Source of the DNA: a virus
Taxonomy: Duplodnaviria; Caudoviricetes
Length of the DNA: 64,000 nucleotides
IMG/VR virus record: IMGVR_UViG_2869891414_000007
Location: 1-64,000 of that record
Reading direction: 5' to 3' (one strand)
Part shown: positions 17,563 to 26,139 of the stretch, one piece after another
Position numbering within the stretch: the stretch's first letter is position 1
Layout of the letters: each line of letters starts with the position of its first letter
Position numbers and translations under genes: made by a program
The notes under the pieces: model-generated
What the model was told of the DNA's origin: nothing
Database searches by the model: none
What the model saw: only the letters and a program-made list of their open reading frames with translations

Positions 17563-18417
17563 ATGGCTAAGAAAGTTTCTAAGTATTTTCGTATCGGCGT
17601 TGAGGGGGATACCTGCGACGGGCGAGTGATTGACGCCGACGATATCAACCAGATGGCCGAATCCTTTGATCCGCGCGTCTACGGTTGCCGCATCAATCTG
17701 GAACATCTGAAAAGCTACTCCCCGGACAGCACTTTCCGCCGCTATGGCGATGTATCAGCCCTTAAAGCGGAAACCATTGAAGACGACTCCATCCTGAACG
17801 GTAAGCGTGCGTTGTTCGCCCAAATCAGCCCAACCGATGATTTGGTGCAGATGAACAAAGCCTTACAGAAAATCTATACCTCCATGGAAATTCGCCCGAA
17901 CTTTGCCAATACCGGTAAAGCCTATCTGGTCGGGCTGGCGGTGACCGATGATCCGGCCAGCCTCGGCACTGAAATGCTGGAATTCAGCGCCAAAGCCAAA
18001 CACAACCCATTAGCCGCCCGTAAATCTAACCCGGAAAACTTGTTCTCGGCAGCGGTTGAAGTGCAACTGGAATTTGAGGACGTGGCCGAGCCGGGCGTCA
18101 CCTTACTCAACATGGTGAAGTCAGTGTTCAGTCGCAAACAAGCCACCGACGACGCCCGTTTTAATGACGTGCATGAGGCGGTGAATGCCGTGGCAGTGCA
18201 TGTGCAGGAACAGGGGGAAACCATTGAAGCCCGCTTTACAACCATTGAGAAGCAATTTGCAGACCAAGTGGTTGAGTTGAAACAGAGCATCGAAAAGGGA
18301 AAACAAGGGGTTACGGCCATCGAAACCAAGCTTTCTATCACTGAAAACTTTAGCCAGACCAAGCGCCCGGAATCCACCGGCGGCAACAATCAAAAGGATG
18401 TATTGACCGACTGCTAG
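17563..18417 (+). CDS. O: Capsid scaffold/protease gpO
   Basis: FRIGVEGDTCDGR, NLEH, YTSMEI, LAVTDDPASLGTE. Confidence 0.93.
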   Translation: MAKKVSKYFRIGVEGDTCDGRVIDADDINQMAESFDPRVYGCRINLEHLKSYSPDSTFRRYGDVSALKAETIEDDSILNGKRALFAQISPTDDLVQMNKALQKIYTSMEIRPNFANTGKAYLVGLAVTDDPASLGTEMLEFSAKAKHNPLAARKSNPENLFSAAVEVQLEFEDVAEPGVTLLNMVKSVFSRKQATDDARFNDVHEAVNAVAVHVQEQGETIEARFTTIEKQFADQVVELKQSIEKGKQGVTAIETKLSITENFSQTKRPESTGGNNQKDVLTDC

Positions 18418-18493
18418 TTGGGGTCACTGGCCGCCGGTTGTGCGGCCCGCTTGCTATTTCATTAACACCTTATTTAACTGAATCAGGATTATT

Positions 18494-19714
18494 ATGCGCC
18501 CAGCAACCCGTTATAAATTTAATGCCTATCTGACCCGTCAAGCCGAGCTGAACGGAGTAGAAACTGGCGACCTGAATAAAAAATTCAGCGTTGAACCCTC
18601 CGTTACGCAAACCATCATGACCCGCGTCCAAGAGTCCTCAGAATTTCTGAGCAGCATCAATATCGTGCCAGTCGCCGAGCTGACCGCCGAAAAGGTCGGC
18701 CTTGGCGTCAATGGTTCGGTTGCCAGCACCACCGATACTGACGGCGGCGATGAGCGCGAAACCGCCGAGTTTGCCTCGCTGGACAGCGAGAAGTATTTCT
18801 GTGAACAGGTGAACTACGATTTCCACATTCGCTATAACACCCTCGACCTGTGGGCGCGTTATCAGGACTTCCAGACCCGTTTACGCGACGCCATTATCAA
18901 GCGTCAGGCACTTGACCGCATCATGGCAGGCTTCAATGGCACCCACCGCGCCAAGACATCCAACCGTGCACAAAATCCATTGTTGCAGGATATCGCGGTG
19001 GGCTGGTTACAGAAGTATCGCACCAATGCACCGGCGCGTGTGATGGATTCGTTTACGGCTAAGGACGGTACTGTCACCGATAAAATCACCGTGGGTGACG
19101 AGGGTAACTACGTCAATCTGGATGCACTGGTGATGGATGCTGCCAGCTCAATGATTGCCGAGTGGTATCAAGAAGACCCTGAGTTGGTGGTCATTACGGG
19201 TCGCCAGTTGATGCAGGATAAATACTTCCCGCTGGTCAACAAAGTGCAAGAGAACAGCGAAACCCTCGCCGCTGACCTAATTATCAGCCAGAAGCGTATC
19301 GGCAATTTGCCCGCTGTCCGTGCGCCCTATTTTCCGCCCAACGCATTCATGATCACCCGCCTTGATAACCTGTCTATCTACTGGCTGGAAGATTCGCACC
19401 GCCGCCATATTGATGAGAACGCTAAGCGTGACCGCATCGAAAACTACGAATCCATTAAGCAGGATTATGTAGTGGAAGATTACGCCTGCGGCTGTCTGGT
19501 GGAAAATATCGAGATTTTACCGGCGAAAAAAGACATCGCCTCGGCACCGGCTGCGGCCGCATTGATGGTATCGGAAGCCCCGAACTATGACGGTCTTGCC
19601 GCCGCGATCATGGCTGCGGTGAACGTTGCGGCTAACCCGAATGAAGTCAAACCGGAAGCGACTGCCGCGACGGAAAGCACTCCCGAAACACCGGCAACCA
19701 AAGGGAGCAAATAA
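18494..19714 (+). CDS. N: Major capsid protein gpN with C-terminal extension
   Basis: FSVEPSVTQT, ALDRIMAGFNG, YVVEDY motifs. Confidence 0.95.
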   Translation: MRPATRYKFNAYLTRQAELNGVETGDLNKKFSVEPSVTQTIMTRVQESSEFLSSINIVPVAELTAEKVGLGVNGSVASTTDTDGGDERETAEFASLDSEKYFCEQVNYDFHIRYNTLDLWARYQDFQTRLRDAIIKRQALDRIMAGFNGTHRAKTSNRAQNPLLQDIAVGWLQKYRTNAPARVMDSFTAKDGTVTDKITVGDEGNYVNLDALVMDAASSMIAEWYQEDPELVVITGRQLMQDKYFPLVNKVQENSETLAADLIISQKRIGNLPAVRAPYFPPNAFMITRLDNLSIYWLEDSHRRHIDENAKRDRIENYESIKQDYVVEDYACGCLVENIEILPAKKDIASAPAAAALMVSEAPNYDGLAAAIMAAVNVAANPNEVKPEATAATESTPETPATKGSK

Positions 19715-19717
19715 GCC

Positions 19718-20377
19718 ATGACCAGTCCTGCGCGCCGCCACTTTCTGAGACAGTCGGCTATTGCTGCCTCACAGCTGCGGGATAACCCGCTGCGCCACGC
19801 CACCGGCTACGAGCTGATGTTGCTCAAGCTCAATGAAGATAAACGCAAACTGAAACAGGTGCGTTCACAAGAGCGTAAAGCCGAGCTGAAGCGGCAGTTA
19901 TTGCCGGACTACCTGCCGTGGGTATCGGGTGTATTGAGTGAGGGGAAAGGCGCGCAGGACGCCATTGTAATGACGGTGATGATTTGGCGGCTGGATGCCG
20001 GGGATATTCCCGGCGCACTGGATATCGCCCGTTATGCCCTGCGTTATCAGTTAGTGCCAACTGACCGTTTTACCCGCTCGACCGCTTACCTGATTGCCGA
20101 GGAAGTCGCGGACGCTGCGGCGCGCGCCTATGCCACCGGTAAGCCGATTGATATTGAGCCTCTGCTGCAAACCATTGAGCTGATGGCAGATGAAGACATG
20201 CCCGACCAAGTGCGCGCCAAACTGCACAAAATCACCGGCTATGTGCTGCGTGACAGTGGCCGGGGCGAGTTGGCCCTGTCCCATCTTCACCGCGCACTCC
20301 AGCTTCATACCGGTTGTGGCGTCAAAAAAGACATTGAGCGACTGGCCGTGAAGTTAAAGAACGCCGCCAGCCGCTAA
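19718..20377 (+). CDS. M: Terminase small/endonuclease subunit gpM
   Basis: MTSPARRH...WRLDAGD...GVKKDIERL. Confidence 0.92.
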   Translation: MTSPARRHFLRQSAIAASQLRDNPLRHATGYELMLLKLNEDKRKLKQVRSQERKAELKRQLLPDYLPWVSGVLSEGKGAQDAIVMTVMIWRLDAGDIPGALDIARYALRYQLVPTDRFTRSTAYLIAEEVADAAARAYATGKPIDIEPLLQTIELMADEDMPDQVRAKLHKITGYVLRDSGRGELALSHLHRALQLHTGCGVKKDIERLAVKLKNAASR

Positions 20378-20476
20378 CCCGAACGCTCCCCGAGCCGGGC
20401 GGCACGATGGCCGCAACAGGGTTTACCTTGTTAACGCCGTCGTCCACCGCCCACCCATTCTGATATTGAGGTTGGC

Positions 20477-20956
20477 ATGACCACTACCACTGTTGTTATC
20501 CCCGCGCCACGGCCTGACAAAACGGCCGAGCCGGTGATTGAAAATACCTTTTTCTGGCCTGCGGTTGACCCGATAAAGCTGCGCGAGCTGTTGCGCCTTG
20601 AGGGAACCGTCACCGCCGAGCGCCTGCGCTTTACCATCAAAAGCGCTATTGCCGAGGTTAACGCCGAGCTGTTCGAGTACCGCCGTGACCAGATGGCGGC
20701 AGGCTTTAAAACACTGGCCGAGGTACAGGCCGAGCAACTGGACGGCGAGAGCATCCAGTTGGCCGAGTACCAGCGCGCGGTCTGTGCCATTACGGCCGCA
20801 CTGTTGGCCGAGCGTTATCGCGGCTATGACGCCAGCGCGCGTGGTGATAAACGCGCGGATGCCATTGAAAGTACGGTTGATGAGTTGTGGCGTGATGCGC
20901 GGATTAGTATTCGCAACATTGCCGGTAAGCCTCACAACATTATTGGCCTTATCTGA
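20477..20956 (+). CDS. L: Head completion protein gpL
   Basis: FFWPAVD, YQRAV, ARISIRNI; synteny. Confidence 0.9.
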   Translation: MTTTTVVIPAPRPDKTAEPVIENTFFWPAVDPIKLRELLRLEGTVTAERLRFTIKSAIAEVNAELFEYRRDQMAAGFKTLAEVQAEQLDGESIQLAEYQRAVCAITAALLAERYRGYDASARGDKRADAIESTVDELWRDARISIRNIAGKPHNIIGLI

Positions 20957-21159
20957 TGCAGGTCAACGCGTTGCAAGGCGACACGCTCGACGCATTGTGC
21001 TGGCGCTATTACGGGCGCACACAAGATGTGCTGGAGCAAGTCTATGACGCGAATCCGGGGCTGTCGGAACTGGGGGCCATTCTGCCCCATGGCTATCCGG
21101 TGCAGTTGCCCGATATGGCCCCGGCGGCCCAACGTGAAACCGTTCAATTATGGGATTGA
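20956..21159 (+). CDS. X: Tail protein gpX
   Basis: QGDTLDALCWRYYG...ANPGL. Confidence 0.92.
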   Translation: MQVNALQGDTLDALCWRYYGRTQDVLEQVYDANPGLSELGAILPHGYPVQLPDMAPAAQRETVQLWD

Positions 21160-21161
21160 AA

Positions 21162-21371
21162 ATGGAGAAATTCAGCTCTGCGGTAGCCTATGTTTTTGCG
21201 CTGCTGTTGGCGTTTATTGGCGCACTGAGTCCGCAAGATATCGCGTTTTATGTGGCAGCGGTGGCCGCTGCTGCCACCTGTCTTATCAACTGGTACTACC
21301 GGCGCAAGAGCTATTTCTTGCTGAAAGAAGTGGTTATCAGGCGGGAGGTGTTCGATGAACTCAATCGTTAA
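21162..21371 (+). CDS. Holin, HP1-like
   Basis: Two hydrophobic segments and a basic NWYYRRK tail; precedes the endolysin. Confidence 0.8.
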   Translation: MEKFSSAVAYVFALLLAFIGALSPQDIAFYVAAVAAAATCLINWYYRRKSYFLLKEVVIRREVFDELNR

Positions 21372-21861
21372 GCGCTGTCTGGTCGGGGTCATTCTGGCGC
21401 TGGCCGCCACCTTGCCAAATTACCAGACGCTCAAGACATCGCCCGCCGGGCTAAAACTGATCGCCGATTATGAGGGCTGCCAGCTCAACGCCTACCAGTG
21501 TAGCGCCAATGTCTGGACAAATGGCATCGGTCACACCGCCGGAGTGAAGCCGGGCAGCGTGATCAGTGAGCGACAGGTGGCGGTCAATCTGGTGGCTGAC
21601 GTGCAGCGGGTTGAGCGGGCAATAGCGGTGTGTATGCCGGTTGCCATGCCGCAACACGTCTATGACGCCGTGGTGTCTTTCGCCTTTAACGTGGGTACGG
21701 GGGCGGCCTGTCGCTCGACGCTGGCCTTTTTTGTCAATAAGGGGGACTGGCGCAGCGCCTGCAATCAGTTGCCGCGCTGGGTCTATGTTAACGGTGTGAA
21801 AACCAAAGGGTTAGAGCGTCGCCGCACCACCGAACAAACACACTGCCTGAGCGGGGTCTGA
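21355..21861 (+). CDS. Endolysin, lysozyme family
   Basis: EGC...Y.CSA.VWT.GIGHT; FNVG; hydrophobic N-terminus. Confidence 0.92.
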   Translation: MNSIVKRCLVGVILALAATLPNYQTLKTSPAGLKLIADYEGCQLNAYQCSANVWTNGIGHTAGVKPGSVISERQVAVNLVADVQRVERAIAVCMPVAMPQHVYDAVVSFAFNVGTGAACRSTLAFFVNKGDWRSACNQLPRWVYVNGVKTKGLERRRTTEQTHCLSGV

Positions 21862-21862
21862 T

Positions 21863-22267
21863 ATGCGCATAGTCATGATGGTGATAGTCGCGTTACTGGT
21901 TGCGCTGGGATGGTATGCCAACCGCCTGAGCCACGATATCGACAGTGCCAACCGGATTATTGGCACCTTATCAGCCGGGATTGAGAGCCGGGACAACGCG
22001 ATCACCCGCTTGCAAGATGAGGCCCGGCAACAGGCAGACAATGAGCGGGCATTACGGCAATCACTGAGCCACGCCAGCACCTTGTCATTATCTCGTGAAC
22101 AGAGAATTCAAAGGTTACTCAATGAAAATAAAGCCTTGCGTGATTGGTTTGCTGCTGCTTTGCCTGCTGACGTTATCCGGCTGCACCAGCGTCCCGCGTT
22201 CGCCAGCCCCAACGATTATTTACGTTGGCTGTCCGACAGTGAACAGTTGCCCGCTGCCGGGCAGTAG
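21863..22267 (+). CDS. lysB: i-spanin LysB
   Basis: N-terminal TM, coiled coil, W....LPADVIRL. Confidence 0.85.
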   Translation: MRIVMMVIVALLVALGWYANRLSHDIDSANRIIGTLSAGIESRDNAITRLQDEARQQADNERALRQSLSHASTLSLSREQRIQRLLNENKALRDWFAAALPADVIRLHQRPAFASPNDYLRWLSDSEQLPAAGQ

Positions 22268-22436
22268 TCCGGCGGTTAATGGTGATTTAAGTGCCGATAT
22301 CCGCCAGTTAGAAACCGCACTGGTGGCCTGCGGGCTGCAAGTGGAAGCCGTGAAACAGTGTCAGGAACAGCATCATGTTAAAACCCAAACTGCTACGCCA
22401 AGCCTTAACCGACAGTCTGCAACTGTTCCAGACTAA
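22122..22436 (+). CDS. lysC: o-spanin LysC lipoprotein
   Basis: Overlaps lysB; lipobox LSGC; CP...C.LP. Confidence 0.8.
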   Translation: MKIKPCVIGLLLLCLLTLSGCTSVPRSPAPTIIYVGCPTVNSCPLPGSSPAVNGDLSADIRQLETALVACGLQVEAVKQCQEQHHVKTQTATPSLNRQSATVPD

Positions 22437-22830
22437 CCCGGAACGGCTGAAAATGTTTGTTGATGGCGGGCGCATTGTCTCAACGTTAGCCCCGTCGCTC
22501 TCTTTTGAAAATCAATATACGCTGACGCTGTTTATTGAGGATTTTCCCAGTGATGTTGATTACCTCTTTGTGCCGATTCTGGCATGGCTGCGCGAGCATC
22601 AACCGGACATCATGGCAACAGAAGAGAAGCGCCGCACCGGCTTTATTCATAAGGTCGATGTGATTAGCGATGTGCTGAGTGATATCCGTATCGACCTGCA
22701 ACTGACTGAGCGGGCCATTGTGAAAGAGGTTGACGGTGCATTGCATGTTAACCACGCGCTGGAACCGGCGTGGCCGGGTACGCCAACACGACCAACAGCC
22801 ATCTACTTTAACGGCGAAGTGATCCCATGA
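22375..22830 (+). CDS. R: Tail completion protein gpR
   Basis: MLKPKLLR...SLSFENQYTL...WLREHQPD. Confidence 0.92.
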   Translation: MLKPKLLRQALTDSLQLFQTNPERLKMFVDGGRIVSTLAPSLSFENQYTLTLFIEDFPSDVDYLFVPILAWLREHQPDIMATEEKRRTGFIHKVDVISDVLSDIRIDLQLTERAIVKEVDGALHVNHALEPAWPGTPTRPTAIYFNGEVIP

Positions 22831-23276
22831 ATGAGCTGAAGCCCTTTGATGATGCATTGGCCGGGCTGATTGCCAGTCTCACGCCCAAGGCGCGCAAAGC
22901 GCTGGCGGTGACGGTTGCAAAGCGCCTGCGGGCCAGTCAGCAACAACGCATCAAACGCCAGCAAGCGCCCGACGGCACCCCGTATGCCGCGCGTAAATCT
23001 CAACCGCTGCGTAAACCCAAGGGTCGGATTAAGCGGGAAATGTTCGCCAAGTTGCGCACCGCGCGCTATATGAAAGCCAACAGTAGCTCTGATGAGGCGG
23101 TGGTTGAGTTTGCCGGGCGCGTGGAACGAATGGCGGCAGTGCATCATTTTGGCCTGCGTGACCGCCCAAACGTATACAGCAAAGATGTGCAGTATGATGA
23201 AAGGCCGTTGTTGGGGTTTGATAAGAAACTAATTGATAGTATAGAAAAAATTATTACATCCTCTTTTACAAAGTAA
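22827..23276 (+). CDS. S: Tail completion protein gpS
   Basis: QQRIKRQQAPDGTPYAARK; HHFGL; RPLLGF. Confidence 0.92.
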   Translation: MNELKPFDDALAGLIASLTPKARKALAVTVAKRLRASQQQRIKRQQAPDGTPYAARKSQPLRKPKGRIKREMFAKLRTARYMKANSSSDEAVVEFAGRVERMAAVHHFGLRDRPNVYSKDVQYDERPLLGFDKKLIDSIEKIITSSFTK

Positions 23277-23313
23277 TATTGTGACTTTTATTGTTCGCTA
23301 CCAGCGAATTTAG

Positions 23314-23342
23314 TTGACCATTTGCGAACTTTGCTCTATTCT
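23314..23342 (+). promoter_or_regulatory. Sigma70-like promoter of the retron locus
   Basis: TTGACC-N17-TATTCT. Confidence 0.55.
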
Positions 23343-23348
23343 AAATTT

Positions 23349-23625
23349 AACGTTACTGAAGAGAGAATCCGCCGGTTAGACCTGAGTAGTGATATTTACT
23401 ACTTGTGGAGGATTTAGATCCTCTGTTTTTTTGCGCTGCCCTTGTGCTGTCCACGGTGCTGCTACGAAGCTTCCCATGGCATGTTGTAGTGTATAGGCGT
23501 ACTGCGTACTGATCGTGTTGGCGACATCACGATCAGATTGAATAGGGTTCACTGCCAAAAACTCTCATTTCCTGATTATGGCGACCTAACAGCAATTCTG
23601 CTGTTAGTTATCAGGAATAAAATTT
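23349..23625 (+). ncRNA. Candidate retron ncRNA (msr-msd) / structured leader
   Basis: Hairpins AGTAGT/ACTACT, GAGGAT/ATCCTC, CTGATCGTG/CACGATCAG and CTAACAGCA/TGCTGTTAG upstream of a retron-type RT operon; boundaries approximate. Confidence 0.6.
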
Positions 23626-23790
23626 ATGAAAAATAGTAACGCGTTTTGGCAGGCACTTAAGAAGAATGACACTAAAAAGAAGAAGCGGAAGCAAAAGCAG
23701 AAGCTTTGGAATATTGTAAAAGTACTGGTGAGAGCCGGTCTGTGTGTTTACAAACTCCTTAACTTCTTCTTTGGTGATAATGATGCTTAA
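23626..23790 (+). CDS. Unannotated 54-aa basic/amphipathic small protein, candidate retron toxin
   Basis: MKNSNAFWQALKKNDTKKKKRKQKQKLWNIVKVLVRAGLCVYKLLNFFFGDNDA; AGGA SD upstream. Confidence 0.65.
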   Translation: MKNSNAFWQALKKNDTKKKKRKQKQKLWNIVKVLVRAGLCVYKLLNFFFGDNDA

Positions 23791-23821
23791 GTGTGCCCTA
23801 CCTTCAGTAAAGAGGTGATTT

Positions 23822-24139
23822 ATGATTAACCGAGCATTAAAAACCATCAGGCTATTCCATAACATAAAACAATCTGAACTTGCGGATAAGCTATGTATTT
23901 CAAAATCATACTTATCAGAGCTTGAATCAGGAAAAAAAACAGTCTCATTTGATATATTAGAAAAATATTCTAATAATTTTGACATTCCAGTTTCATCACT
24001 GGTTTTTTTTGCTGAACGAATTAATGAACCGGGTAAAGATACAATTCCTGAAAAATTCAAAACTGTTTTTGCAGATAAAATACTTAAGATAATGGAATGG
24101 AGCATAGCGAGAGATGGCGAAAAAGAAAGGGAGAATTAA
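23822..24139 (+). CDS. XRE-family HTH protein, retron accessory
   Basis: IKQSELADKLCISKSYLSELESGKK HTH; overlaps the RT start. Confidence 0.85.
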   Translation: MINRALKTIRLFHNIKQSELADKLCISKSYLSELESGKKTVSFDILEKYSNNFDIPVSSLVFFAERINEPGKDTIPEKFKTVFADKILKIMEWSIARDGEKEREN

Positions 24140-25046
24140 TACTAAAGGCAAGTCTTATAGTATTAATGATAGCGCTTTATTCAATATTCAGAGTAAAAAC
24201 AAGCTTGCGGAAGTATTACTGACAAACTTAGATAACATAAAAAGCTTATTATCTAATGACAATTATATTGTTTTTGATAATACTAATGAAGATGGTAAAA
24301 AGCGGACTATTCAAACCCCATCAGATAAACTTAATGTTGTGCATACAAGAATAGCGAGTTTACTATGCCGTATAACTCAACCAGAATATGTCCATTCAGG
24401 AATAAAAAATAAATCTAATGTATCCAATGCCAGAAAACATGTAGGTACACACCCTGTATTAACGTCTGATATACGCTCATTTTTTCCTTCGACATCTAAG
24501 CGCCAAGTCTTCAATTTTTTTAATAGGAAATTGAAGTGCGCTGCTGATGTATCAGACCTCATGGCGGAATTGTGTACGTATGCGAACCATATACCTACAG
24601 GCAGTCGAATAAGTATGCCTTTAGCATTCTGGGCAAACTATGACATGTTTAATGAAATGAACATAATTTCAAATAAATTAAATATAACAATGACTGTTTA
24701 TGTTGATGATATTACTTTTTCTGGCAATGCTGTTAATAGACTGTTTCTTCATAAATGCAAGAGAATAGTGGAAAAGAATGGCCATGTTTTACATCCAAAG
24801 AAAACAGCCCTCTACTCTGCTAAAGAGCCTAAGACCATTACAGGTGTTATTGTTCATGAAAATGAAATTAAAGTAAGAAATTTACATTACAAGAAAATTT
24901 ATTTTGATTTAGATGCGTGGAAGAAAACTGACGACGCCATAGAAAAAGAAAACTTAAAAAACAAGGTTCTTGGTCGAATGCATTCTCTTTCTACTATTAA
25001 TGAAAAATTCAAAGATAAAGCACGAAGCTTTCGGTCCATTGATTAG
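24114..25046 (+). CDS. Retron-type reverse transcriptase
   Basis: NARKH (NAxxH), SDIRSFFPS, PTGSRIS, YVDD and ITG (VTG-like) motifs. Confidence 0.9.
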   Translation: MAKKKGRINTKGKSYSINDSALFNIQSKNKLAEVLLTNLDNIKSLLSNDNYIVFDNTNEDGKKRTIQTPSDKLNVVHTRIASLLCRITQPEYVHSGIKNKSNVSNARKHVGTHPVLTSDIRSFFPSTSKRQVFNFFNRKLKCAADVSDLMAELCTYANHIPTGSRISMPLAFWANYDMFNEMNIISNKLNITMTVYVDDITFSGNAVNRLFLHKCKRIVEKNGHVLHPKKTALYSAKEPKTITGVIVHENEIKVRNLHYKKIYFDLDAWKKTDDAIEKENLKNKVLGRMHSLSTINEKFKDKARSFRSID

Positions 25047-25082
25047 CTGCAAAACTTTTCATAACAAAAGTCTTGTTGATGT

Positions 25083-25100
25083 TGTGTAGTACCTGATACA
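25083..25100. promoter_or_regulatory. Ogr box at the V late promoter
   Basis: TGT-N12-ACA, 46 bp upstream of V. Confidence 0.7.
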
Positions 25101-25146
25101 ACCCCTCATTATTGAAGCAAGTAACTATTAGTTACATGCTTCCCTC

Positions 25147-25788
25147 ATGAATACTCAAACCCAAATCACTGAAATTCTGCGCCTGCTGCGCAACCTTATC
25201 CGTATTGGTACGGTGGCTGAGGTCGATCTCGACCAAGCCCTGTGCCGTGTGGCGACAGGGGACAATACCACCGGCTGGTTAAACTGGCTGACGCTTCGCG
25301 CCGGTCAATCACGTTCATGGTGGGCACCGTCTGAGGGCGAACAGGTATTGATATTGTCCCTCGGTGGCGAACTCGACACCGGCTTTGTGTTGCCGGGCAT
25401 TTTCTCTGATGACTTTCCGCCACCGTCGGCCTCGGCCAATGGCTTGTATATCGCTTTTCCTGACGGTGCCACGTTGCACTATGAGCCGGAAAGCGGCGAG
25501 TTGCTGGCAGATGGAATCAAAACAGCGGTTATCAATGCCAGTGAATCGGTGAATGTTACCGCCCCCAATATCACCTGTACCGCCTCGGTGAAAATCCTTT
25601 TAGACACGCCCGAAGTTGAATGCACTAACAACCTGACCACCGCCACCTTGAATGTGATCCAAGGCGGCAAGATGAGTGGTGATATTGAGCACTCAGGCGG
25701 CCAGTTCTCATCCAATGGCGTGGTAGTCGATAAGCATGACCATGGCGGTGTGTTGCGCGGCGGGGATTATACGGAGGGGATTAAATGA
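25147..25788 (+). CDS. V: Baseplate spike gpV
   Basis: NLIRIGTV, WWAPSEGEQV, C-terminal HDHGGV. Confidence 0.93.
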   Translation: MNTQTQITEILRLLRNLIRIGTVAEVDLDQALCRVATGDNTTGWLNWLTLRAGQSRSWWAPSEGEQVLILSLGGELDTGFVLPGIFSDDFPPPSASANGLYIAFPDGATLHYEPESGELLADGIKTAVINASESVNVTAPNITCTASVKILLDTPEVECTNNLTTATLNVIQGGKMSGDIEHSGGQFSSNGVVVDKHDHGGVLRGGDYTEGIK

Positions 25789-26135
25789 CTACTGCCACCT
25801 ATCTCGGCATGAGCCGCAATACCGGGCGGGCCATTACCGACGCTGACCATATCAGCCAGTCCATCGCCGATATTCTGATTACGCCGGTGGGTTCGCGGGT
25901 GATGCGCCGCGCTTATGGTTCGCTGTTATCGGAGTTGATTGACCAGCCGCAAAATCCGGCCCTGCGCCTGCAAATTATGGCCGCCAGTTACAGTGCCATT
26001 TTACGCTGGGAGCCGAGGGTCAAGCTGACTGGCATCACCTTTGACACCACTTTTGACGGAAAAATGGTGGTTGATATCACCGGCACCCGCAGCGATAGCG
26101 CGGCCCCACTCTCTTTAACCATCCCTGTGAGCTGA
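25785..26135 (+). CDS. W: Baseplate wedge gpW
   Basis: TPVGSRVMRRAYGS, RWEPR. Confidence 0.92.
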   Translation: MTTATYLGMSRNTGRAITDADHISQSIADILITPVGSRVMRRAYGSLLSELIDQPQNPALRLQIMAASYSAILRWEPRVKLTGITFDTTFDGKMVVDITGTRSDSAAPLSLTIPVS

Positions 26136-26139
26136 ATCT

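Noticed and set aside
23611-24105. 164-aa minus-strand ORF over the retron HTH gene
   Set aside because: Antisense shadow of the small ORF and HTH gene, with no motifs; the plus-strand genes have clear RBS and domains
24114-25046. RT as part of a DGR or group II intron
   Set aside because: No maturase domain, intron ends, avd gene or TR/VR repeat pair seen; NAxxH and ITG motifs indicate a retron
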